NCBI GenBank assembly: GCA_046485285.1
Contig: JAWOHE010000087.1
Coordinates: 1-24,685, forward strand
DNA length: 24,685 nucleotides
Source of the DNA: a bacterium
GTDB taxonomy: Bacteria; Hydrothermota; Tepidihabitantia; Tepidihabitantales; Tepidihabitantaceae
Reading direction: 5' to 3'
In this document: piece by piece, positions 14,852 through 22,420 of the stretch
How the letters are laid out: each line of letters starts with the position of its first letter
Position numbering within the stretch: position 1 is the first letter of the stretch
Program-made: the position numbers and the translations under genes
Notes under the pieces: generated by a model
The model's input: the letters and a program-made list of their open reading frames with translations, nothing else
Database searches by the model: none
What the model was told of the DNA's origin: nothing

Positions 14852-15973
14852 GTGTCTCTCGCAACGCTGAACCTCCGCGAGTGCATCCAGTGCGGCCGCT
14901 GTTCGGGCGGTTGCCCGGTCTCGATGAAGTCGCGGCTCAACGTCCGGATGCTCGTCTACACCCGGCTCGACCGGCCGTTCAAGCCCGCCGAGCTCGCCGG
15001 GCTCGGGGTCTGGGAGTGCACGACCTGCACGACCTGCAACGACCGCTGTCCGAAGCAGGTGAACCCGGCCAGCCTCGTCGTCGAGCTCCGCTCCCAGCTC
15101 ATCGAGGGCGGCCGGATGGCGAGCACGGTCCAGGCCGCGCTCGAGAGCAGTTACGTCCAGGGCAACCCGTGGTCGCGCGCCCGCGAGAAGCGGCTCGAGT
15201 GGGCGAAGGGCCTGTCGGTCCGGCGCGTGACGAAGGAAAGCCCGGCCGAGTACCTGCTCTTTGTCTGCTGCACCGACGCCTACGACGAGCGCTGCCAGCG
15301 GACCGCCCGGGCGCTGGTCAGGCTGCTCGACGCCGCCGGGGTCGACTTCGGCGTCATCGGCGAGGACGAGAGCTGCTGCGCGTCGGAACAGCGCCGGCTC
15401 GGCGAGGAGGGCCTGTTCGACGAGCTGGCGAAGTCGAACGCCGCGACCCTGCGCGAACTGCCGGTGAAATCCATCGTCACGATTTCGCCCCACTGCTACA
15501 ACGCCTTCCGCAACGACTACCCCGCGCTCGGCCGCGAGGTCATCCACTACACCCAGCTCCTCGACCGGCTGATTGCCGCGGGCAGGCTGAAGCTCACCGG
15601 CGCGGCAGCTGGCAACCAGGAGCTAACCGTCACCTATCACGACCCCTGCTTCCTCGGCAGGCAGAACAAGGTCTTCGACGAGCCGCGCCGGGTCATCGCG
15701 GCGGTCGCCGCGGGCCGGTTCGTCGAGTTCGACCGCTGCCGGGAGACCAGCCTCTGCTGCGAGGGTGGCGGCGGCCGGATGTGGGTCGAGAGCGAGGGCC
15801 AGGGACGGCTCGCCGAGACCCGGGTCCGCGACGCGGTCGAGATGGGCGCGGGCATCATCGCAACCGCCTGCCCGTTCTGCACCCTGACGCTCGAGGACGC
15901 GGTCAAGACAACCAACTCCGAGGACAAGGTCGCGATTCGCGACATCGCCGAGCTCCTCGCCGACGCGCTCTGA
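14852..15973 (+). CDS. HdrD/GlpC-like (Fe-S)-binding oxidoreductase with 2x[4Fe-4S] and two CCG-type domains
   Basis: CIQCGRCSGGCP, CTTCTTCNDRCP, GNPW, ESCC, PHCY, YHDPCFLGR, SLCCEGGGG, TACPFC. Confidence 0.92.
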   Translation: MSLATLNLRECIQCGRCSGGCPVSMKSRLNVRMLVYTRLDRPFKPAELAGLGVWECTTCTTCNDRCPKQVNPASLVVELRSQLIEGGRMASTVQAALESSYVQGNPWSRAREKRLEWAKGLSVRRVTKESPAEYLLFVCCTDAYDERCQRTARALVRLLDAAGVDFGVIGEDESCCASEQRRLGEEGLFDELAKSNAATLRELPVKSIVTISPHCYNAFRNDYPALGREVIHYTQLLDRLIAAGRLKLTGAAAGNQELTVTYHDPCFLGRQNKVFDEPRRVIAAVAAGRFVEFDRCRETSLCCEGGGGRMWVESEGQGRLAETRVRDAVEMGAGIIATACPFCTLTLEDAVKTTNSEDKVAIRDIAELLADAL

Positions 15974-15987
15974 ACCGGCCGCCGTCC

Positions 15988-16015
15988 TTGAACCACCGGC
16001 CATTTGCGTTACCAT
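15988..16015 (+). promoter_or_regulatory. sigma70-like promoter for the PBP1A gene
   Basis: TTGAAC-16 bp-TACCAT. Confidence 0.55.
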
Positions 16016-16030
16016 CAGCCTGAGAACATC

Positions 16031-18118
16031 GTGACGCGCACCCGCGGCATCCTGCTCGCGCTCGCCGCCTGCCTCGTCCTTGCCGGCGCGGCCGCGGTCG
16101 CCGGCCTGTTCGGCCTGCGCGGCGGCCTGCCCACCGCCGAGGAGGTCGCCGGCTACCGCGCGCCGGCCTCAACCCGGGTCTACGACCGCCACAGCCGCCT
16201 CGTCCACGAGTTCTACACCGAGAAGCGCCGGCCGGTCCCGCTCGACACCATCCCGGTCTGGCTCCGCAAGGGCATCATCCTCGTCGAGGACCGGCGTTTC
16301 TACTCGCACTGGGGTATCGACCTGATGCGTCTGCCCGGCCTCGCCTGGTGGATGCTCCGCCACCCGGGACGGGTCAAAGGCACCTCGACCATCACCCAGC
16401 AGCTCGCCCGCTCGATATTCCTGACCCACGAGCGGACGGTGACCCGGAAGGTCCGCGAGGCGCTGCTGGCGCTGGAAATCGAGCGCCAGTTCTCGAAGGA
16501 CGAAATCCTCGAGCTCTACCTGAACCAGGTCTGGCTCGGCGGGCCGGTCTACGGCGTCGAGAGCGCGGCCGAGCGCTACTTCGGCAGACGCGTCAGCGCC
16601 CTCTCGGTCGCCGAGTGCGCGGTGATCGCCGCGATGATTGCCAACCCGGGCTGGTACTCGCCCTACGGCAACCCGGACCGACTACTCGCCCGCCGGGACT
16701 TCTTCCTCGCCCGGCTCCGCACCAGCGGCGTCATCACCCCGGCCCAGTTCGAGGAAGCGAAGGCCGAGACGCTCCGGATCCGCGCCCTGCGCGACACCCG
16801 CAACGACGCGCCCTACTTCGTCGAGGATGTCCGACGCTACCTGATGGAGCGCTACGGCCCGGACTTCGTCTACCGTTCGGGCGCCGCGGTCCACACGACG
16901 CTCGACCTCGACATCCAGCTCGCCGCCAACCGGGTCCTCGAGGACCGCATCGCCCGCCTCGAGGCCGACTACCGCCTGCGCCGGCCGAAGACCTGGTACG
17001 ACTCGGTCGTCAAGCTGGACACCGCCGTCGGCCGGCCTGAGTACCTGCAGGGCGCGCTCGTCGTTCTCGATGTCGCGACCGGCGAGGTCCGGGCGATGGT
17101 CGGCGGCCGCGACTTCCGCCAGAGCGAGTGGAACCGCGCCTCGCAGGCCGCCCGCCAGACCGGCTCGTCTTTCAAGCCCTTCCTCTGGTGCGCCGCCATC
17201 GACAACGGCTTCACCGTCGCCGACGTCCTCGTCGATTCGACGATCGAGCTCAAGATCCCGGGCCAGCCGGTCTACCGGCCGCGCAACTACGACCACAAGC
17301 TGCTCGGCCCGGTCTCGGTCCGCCGGGCGCTCGCGCTCTCGCGCAACCTCGTCGCGGTCCGGCTCGCCGAGAAACTCGGCCCCCAACTCCTCGCCCGCTA
17401 CGCCAACCTCTGCGGCATCAACCGGAAGCTCCTGCCGGTCTACTCGCTCGCGCTCGGCTCGGTCGAGGTCACCCTGCTCGAGATGACCGCCGCGTTCACG
17501 ACCTTCGCCAACGAGGGCCGTCGGGTCAAACCCTCGCTCATCACCTCGGTCCGGGACGGCCGGGGCCTCGTGCTCGAGGAAACGCGGGCCGAGGTCCAGC
17601 CGGTGCTGAGCCGCGAAACCGCCTACCTGATGACCAGCCTGATGGAGTCGGTCGTCAACGAGGGCACCGCGACGGCCATCCGCAGTCTCGGCTACACCGG
17701 TCCGGCCGCCGGCAAGACCGGCACCACCGACGAGTACTCCGACGCCTGGTTCGTCGGCTATACCCCGTCGCTCGCATGCGGGGTCTGGGTCGGCTACGAC
17801 CGGAAGCGGACGATTTTCCGGGGCGCGACCGGCGGCGGGGTCGCCGCGCCGGTCTGGGGCGAGCTGATGAAGGAAATCCGGGCCGACACCCTGGCTCCGG
17901 CCGGCTTCGCCGTCCCGGAGGACATCGTCACCGCGCCGGTCTGCGAGGCCTCAGGCCTGCTCGCGACGCCGCGCTGCCCGCGCGTCCGCTACGAGGTCTT
18001 CGCCCGCACTGCCCAGCCAACCGCCACCTGCAACGTCCACGCCCCGGCGCCGCGGCCCGCGCCTGCGCCCGACTCTTTCGTCCCGCTCAATCCCGCCGGC
18101 GCCGGCGGCGGCCGCTAG
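16031..18118 (+). CDS. PBP1A-family bifunctional penicillin-binding protein
   Basis: N-terminal TM helix; EDRRFYSHWGID, GTSTITQQLAR, RKVRE, KDEILELYLN; SSFK, SRN, KTGTT. GTG 16031 is preferred over TTG 16004, which lies inside the promoter. Confidence 0.93.
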   Translation: MTRTRGILLALAACLVLAGAAAVAGLFGLRGGLPTAEEVAGYRAPASTRVYDRHSRLVHEFYTEKRRPVPLDTIPVWLRKGIILVEDRRFYSHWGIDLMRLPGLAWWMLRHPGRVKGTSTITQQLARSIFLTHERTVTRKVREALLALEIERQFSKDEILELYLNQVWLGGPVYGVESAAERYFGRRVSALSVAECAVIAAMIANPGWYSPYGNPDRLLARRDFFLARLRTSGVITPAQFEEAKAETLRIRALRDTRNDAPYFVEDVRRYLMERYGPDFVYRSGAAVHTTLDLDIQLAANRVLEDRIARLEADYRLRRPKTWYDSVVKLDTAVGRPEYLQGALVVLDVATGEVRAMVGGRDFRQSEWNRASQAARQTGSSFKPFLWCAAIDNGFTVADVLVDSTIELKIPGQPVYRPRNYDHKLLGPVSVRRALALSRNLVAVRLAEKLGPQLLARYANLCGINRKLLPVYSLALGSVEVTLLEMTAAFTTFANEGRRVKPSLITSVRDGRGLVLEETRAEVQPVLSRETAYLMTSLMESVVNEGTATAIRSLGYTGPAAGKTGTTDEYSDAWFVGYTPSLACGVWVGYDRKRTIFRGATGGGVAAPVWGELMKEIRADTLAPAGFAVPEDIVTAPVCEASGLLATPRCPRVRYEVFARTAQPTATCNVHAPAPRPAPAPDSFVPLNPAGAGGGR

Positions 18119-18135
18119 CAGGCGGAGTCCCGGCC

Positions 18136-18792
18136 ATCGACGACTCGCCGCCCGCCGACCCGTCGCGCTGGCTCGCTGCAAGCTACCGTCGGCTCCGCGC
18201 CGCCTTCGGGCCCCAGCACTGGTGGCCGGCCGAGACTCCGCTCGAGGTCATCGTCGGCGCGGTGCTGACCCAGCACACCTCCTGGCGCGGCGTCGAGGCC
18301 GCGATTGCCCGGCTCCGGTCACACCGGCTCCTCGCCCTCGCCCCGCTCCGGCGCCTGCCGGCCCGGAAGCTCGCCGGGCTCATCCGGCCGGCCGGCTGCC
18401 CGGCGGTCAAGGCGCGTCGGCTCCGCGGCCTGCTCGACTGGCTTCACCGGCAGGGCGGCCTCGCCGGCCTGCGCCGCCGGCCGACCGCGGAACTGCGCGC
18501 CGGCCTCCTCTCGGTCGGCGGCGTCGGCCCGGAGACCGCCGACGCCATCCTGCTCTACGCCCTCGGCCGGCCGGTCTTTGTCGTCGACACCTACACCCGG
18601 CGCATCCTCGCCCGGCACCGGCTCGTCACCGCCGGCGCGCGCTACGCCGAGGTCCAGGCGCTCTTCCACGCCGCCCTGCCCCGCCGGCCCCGGCTCTACA
18701 ACGAGTACCACGCCCTGCTCGTCGCGCTGGCGAAACGGCACTGCCGCGCCCTAGCGCTCTGCGCCGGCTGCCCGCTCGGGCGCCGCGTTTGA
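18136..18792 (+). CDS. Endonuclease III-related HhH-GPD DNA glycosylase (COG2231-like); start codon uncertain
   Basis: FGPQHWWPAETPLEVIVGAVLTQHTSW, HhH motif LLSVGGVGPETADAILLY, VVDTYTRR, YNEYHALLV, HCRALALCAGCPL. Confidence 0.85.
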   Translation: MDDSPPADPSRWLAASYRRLRAAFGPQHWWPAETPLEVIVGAVLTQHTSWRGVEAAIARLRSHRLLALAPLRRLPARKLAGLIRPAGCPAVKARRLRGLLDWLHRQGGLAGLRRRPTAELRAGLLSVGGVGPETADAILLYALGRPVFVVDTYTRRILARHRLVTAGARYAEVQALFHAALPRRPRLYNEYHALLVALAKRHCRALALCAGCPLGRRV

Positions 18793-18816
18793 CTTGAATG
18801 CCGACCCGCCTAGCAT
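18789..18816 (+). promoter_or_regulatory. sigma70-like promoter for lptD-maf, leaderless configuration
   Basis: TTGACT (overlapping the upstream TGA)-16 bp-TAGCAT, with ATG 18823 6 nt downstream and no SD. Confidence 0.65.
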
Positions 18817-18822
18817 AGCCCG

Positions 18823-21075
18823 ATGCTCGGCCTGCTCGCGCTCCTGCTCGTCGCCCAGCCCGCCCCGCCCGCCAGCCCGGAAGGCTTGGCGGCGGCCGAG
18901 ACTGGGCCGGACACGGTCTTCTACGGCGGCCGGCTCGCCCGCTACCACGCCCGCAGCGACGAGGTCGTCCTGCTCGACTCGGCCTGGGTCCGCTACGGCC
19001 AGATGACCGTCTACGGCGACTCGATCCACTACAACATCAAGAACCAGCGGCTGAGCGCGACCGGCGCGGTGCTCTTCGTCTCGGGCGAGAACAACATCAA
19101 CGGCACTCTGCTCCGGTACGACCTCGACGAACGCAAGGGAATGATGCGCACCGCCCGGACCGCGATCGAGAACGGCTTCTTCCGCGCCGACGAGATCTGG
19201 CTCGTCGAAGAGAACGTCCTGAACGCCCGCCGCAGCCTCTACACCACCTGTGAGAAAGAGCAGCCCCACTTCGCCTTCCACGGCCCGCGCGCCAAGCTCT
19301 TCGTTGACGACGTCGTCATCGCCGAGCCGGTCGTCTTCCGGGTCTTCAACTTCCCGGTGCTCGCCGCGCCGTTCTGGCTTGTGCCGGTCGCGACCCGGCG
19401 CACCTCCGGGCTCGTGCCCTTCAAGTTCGGCCAGTCCAACACCCAGGGCTGGTACGCCAAGGACCTCGCCTACTACTGGGTCATCAACGACTACGCCGAC
19501 GCGACCTTCTACTGCGACGTGATGACGAAGAAAGGCATCCAGCCCCGCTTCCAGGGCATCTACATCGTCAACCCGTTCGCCCGGGGCAATGTCAACGCCT
19601 CCTACATCCGCGAGTGGGACACCCGGACCACGCGCTACTCAATCAACGCCCGCCACGACTCGCGGTTCCTGTTCCGCTCCGACCTCGCCGCCGCGGTCGA
19701 CTTCATCTCCGACGCCCGCTACGTCCCGGAGTACGGCGAGGACAAGATCGACCGGCTCAAGCAGGAGGCCTACTCCTGGGTCGAGCTCAGCCGCCGGCTC
19801 GGCCGGTCGGGCCGGCTCACCGCCAACGCCGACCACCGCGAGCTCTTCGTCAGCAACTACCGTTCGACCGTCCTGCCCGGCATCTCGCTCAGCCTCGGCA
19901 CGGCCCGCCTGCCGCTCGGCCTCGACCTCTCGCCCCGGTTCCGGCTCAACCGCCGTCTCGAGGACTACGCCGACTCGACCGGCGCGGACAGCACCCACCT
20001 CGAGGGCCTCACCGGCCGGGCCTCGGCCGGGCTCGGCACCCGCGACTACGAGCTCGGCCCGGCCGGCCGACTCCGCGCCGGCTGGGACGTCGCGCTCGAC
20101 GCCGGCCGCGACCTCCGCAACGGCGCGCTCGCCGACGAGACCCGCCGGCTCGCCAATGGGTTCAGCCTCAACCTCAGCCAACTCCTGCCCGGCGCGGTCA
20201 GCACCCGGCAGACGCTGACCGCGTCCCAGTCCAACGACCTCACCGGCGTCAAGCCGCCCGAGACCCGCTACCGGGGCGACCTCGGCGCCGACCTGACTCT
20301 CTTCCGGGTCTTCCCGGTCCGCGCGCTCGGCTTCGACGGCCTGCTCCACACCGTCCGGCCGTCCGCGGTTCTCGGCTACGAGCCGGAAGTCACCGCCCGC
20401 GAGCACGTCGGCACGCCCCGGCTCGCCGAGCCGCGGTCGGCCGCGCTCAGCTTCTCCGTCGGCAACGGCTTCCAGGCCCGGACCGCCGACTCATCGGCCC
20501 AGAAGCTCGACCTCGGCAGTGCCGGCCTCGCGACCAGCTACGACCTCGTCTCCCGCCGGCTCGCGCCCCTGCGCGCCGACCTCCGCACCGGGGTCCCCTA
20601 CGACCGCCTGCCCTTCTCGCTCAGCCTCGACGCCTCGGCCGGCTTCGACTTCGACTCGCTCGCCCCGTCCCGCGACTACCGCCTCGCGACCTCGCTCGGC
20701 TGGGAGCACCTCTTTGGCCGCGCGCCGCTCCGGGTCGCCTGGGTCGACACGACCCGCCACGACCCCCAGCGCGACTGGCGGGTCCGGCTCGGCCTCAACC
20801 ACGTCATCTACCGGGACAACAGCATGGTCACCGGCGCACTCGCGCTCCACGTCCCGGGCTGGCGCTTCGAGCTCGGCAACATCGGCTACAACTTCACCCG
20901 CAAGGAGCTGACCGACTACTCGCTGACGGTCTGGAAGGGCCTCCACTGCTGGGAGGCGCTCGTCACCATCGACCGGCTCGGCGGCCAGTGGAAGTACGAC
21001 TTCGAGTTCCGCATCCGCCAGCTCCAGGACATCAAGCTCGGCAAAAGCACCTTCCGCAGCATCCTGCCCGAGTGA
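18823..21075 (+). CDS. lptD: Putative LPS assembly outer-membrane protein LptD
   Basis: Signal peptide, OstA-like N-terminal region, YTTCEKEQPHF, FPVLAAPF..RRTSGLVP, YYWVINDYADATF, beta-strand-rich body and a C-terminal LHCW motif. Confidence 0.8.
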   Translation: MLGLLALLLVAQPAPPASPEGLAAAETGPDTVFYGGRLARYHARSDEVVLLDSAWVRYGQMTVYGDSIHYNIKNQRLSATGAVLFVSGENNINGTLLRYDLDERKGMMRTARTAIENGFFRADEIWLVEENVLNARRSLYTTCEKEQPHFAFHGPRAKLFVDDVVIAEPVVFRVFNFPVLAAPFWLVPVATRRTSGLVPFKFGQSNTQGWYAKDLAYYWVINDYADATFYCDVMTKKGIQPRFQGIYIVNPFARGNVNASYIREWDTRTTRYSINARHDSRFLFRSDLAAAVDFISDARYVPEYGEDKIDRLKQEAYSWVELSRRLGRSGRLTANADHRELFVSNYRSTVLPGISLSLGTARLPLGLDLSPRFRLNRRLEDYADSTGADSTHLEGLTGRASAGLGTRDYELGPAGRLRAGWDVALDAGRDLRNGALADETRRLANGFSLNLSQLLPGAVSTRQTLTASQSNDLTGVKPPETRYRGDLGADLTLFRVFPVRALGFDGLLHTVRPSAVLGYEPEVTAREHVGTPRLAEPRSAALSFSVGNGFQARTADSSAQKLDLGSAGLATSYDLVSRRLAPLRADLRTGVPYDRLPFSLSLDASAGFDFDSLAPSRDYRLATSLGWEHLFGRAPLRVAWVDTTRHDPQRDWRVRLGLNHVIYRDNSMVTGALALHVPGWRFELGNIGYNFTRKELTDYSLTVWKGLHCWEALVTIDRLGGQWKYDFEFRIRQLQDIKLGKSTFRSILPE

Positions 21076-21638
21076 CCCGGCTCTACCTCGCCTCGACCTC
21101 GCCCCGCCGCCGCGAGCTTCTGCGCGCGGCCGGGCTCCGCTTCGGCCTGCTCGCCCCCGCGCCCGACCCGCCCGCGCCCGCAGTCTGCGCCGACCCGGCC
21201 GCGCTCGCCGTCCGCCACGCCCGGCACAAGGCGCTTTCCGCCTGCCGGCCCGGCCTCACCGGTATCGTCGCCGGCGCCGACACCGTCGTCGCGCTCGGCC
21301 GCCGGCTCCTCGGCAAGCCGGCCGGCCCGGCCGACGCCCGCCGGATGCTCCGGCTGCTCTCCGGCCGCACCCACCGGGTCATCACCGGGCTCGCGGTCCG
21401 CTCAACCCCGGGTGGCCGGACCCGGACCGCGCTCGACGTGACCCGGGTGACCTTCCGGCCGCTCGGCCCGGACGACATCGAACGCTACATCCGCTCCGGC
21501 GAGCCGCTCGACAAGGCCGGTGCCTACGGCATCCAGGGCCGGGCCGGCGTGTTCGTCACCCGTGTAGAGGGCAGCTACCTCAACGTCGTCGGCCTGCCGG
21601 TCGCGCGCCTGTTCGAACTGCTCGGGAAATTCGCCTGA
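21072..21638 (+). CDS. maf: Maf-family nucleoside triphosphate pyrophosphatase (YhdE-like)
   Basis: LASTSPRRRELL, GADTVV, LGKP, LSGRTHRVITG, DKAGAYGIQG, NVVGLP. GTGA start/stop overlap with lptD. Confidence 0.93.
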   Translation: MTRLYLASTSPRRRELLRAAGLRFGLLAPAPDPPAPAVCADPAALAVRHARHKALSACRPGLTGIVAGADTVVALGRRLLGKPAGPADARRMLRLLSGRTHRVITGLAVRSTPGGRTRTALDVTRVTFRPLGPDDIERYIRSGEPLDKAGAYGIQGRAGVFVTRVEGSYLNVVGLPVARLFELLGKFA

Positions 21639-21648
21639 GCCGGCCGGC

Positions 21649-22320
21649 TCAGGGACTGATCGTGACGAGGCGGAGTTGGAACTGCTGGTCGACCTTGCCG
21701 GAACGGTTGTCGAGCACGACGTGATGCCGGCCCGACGCCGGGACCATCGCCTTGATCGAGTCGAACTTCGCCTGCTCGCTGATGAACAGCGGCTCGTGGC
21801 TCTCCCCTGCCGCCCAGCGCCGGTAGTTCGCGGCGTCGAGCAGCCGGAGCGTCACCCGGCCGGTGTCGACCTCGAACCGGCCCCGGACCCGGTGGCCGTA
21901 GCTCAGGCTGTCGCTCCACGCCCGCAACTCGCCGGCCTTGAGCAGGCCATCGAGGTTCAACACGGTCCGGGTCACCGCCTTGACCCGGACCGCCAGGCTC
22001 TCGCCGGTGACCATGCTGTCGAGGTCAATGACCGCGACCCGGACCACCGCCGTGCCCGCCGACTCGGGCGCGGCCCAGCGCGCGACGGAATAGGTGACGG
22101 TCGGCCCAGTCGCCTGCTCGATGACCCGGCCCCGGCTCGCGGTCCACGCGAACGTTATCGGCTCGAGGTACCAATCCCAGGCCCGGCACTCGAACGTCGC
22201 GGTGTCGCCGGAGTTGACCTCGGTCGGACCCTCGAACGCGGTGATCGTTGGCGGCCCGGTGTTGCGACGACAGCCGCCGAGCGCGAAGGCGAGGAGGAGC
22301 AGGGCGGCAAGATGTCTCAA
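21649..22320 (-). CDS. Lipoprotein with an N-terminal PKD/Ig-like domain
   Basis: MRHLAALLLLAFALGGC signal II, followed by PPTITAF..TATFECRAWD..ITFAWTASRG..WAAPESAGTAVVRVAVID. Confidence 0.8.
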   Translation of the reverse strand: MRHLAALLLLAFALGGCRRNTGPPTITAFEGPTEVNSGDTATFECRAWDWYLEPITFAWTASRGRVIEQATGPTVTYSVARWAAPESAGTAVVRVAVIDLDSMVTGESLAVRVKAVTRTVLNLDGLLKAGELRAWSDSLSYGHRVRGRFEVDTGRVTLRLLDAANYRRWAAGESHEPLFISEQAKFDSIKAMVPASGRHHVVLDNRSGKVDQQFQLRLVTISP

Positions 22321-22326
22321 CCTGCA

Positions 22327-22355
22327 ATTGTAGCTACCCCGGGCCGGGCTGGCAA
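22327..22355 (-). promoter_or_regulatory. sigma70-like promoter, leaderless configuration with a TTG start
   Basis: TTGCCA-17 bp-TACAAT on the minus strand, with TTG 22320 6 nt downstream. Confidence 0.6.
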
Positions 22356-22388
22356 GAAGCAGGGCGCGCCCGCGAGAAGCGCCCCGCT
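22354..22388 (-). terminator. Putative intrinsic terminator after hppA
   Basis: AGCGGGGCGC-11 nt-GCGCCCTGCT stem (one G-U pair) followed by a weak TCTT tract. Confidence 0.5.
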
Positions 22389-22420
22389 GACTGTCTTTCC
22401 CGCGGCCGCGGGCGGCTAGG

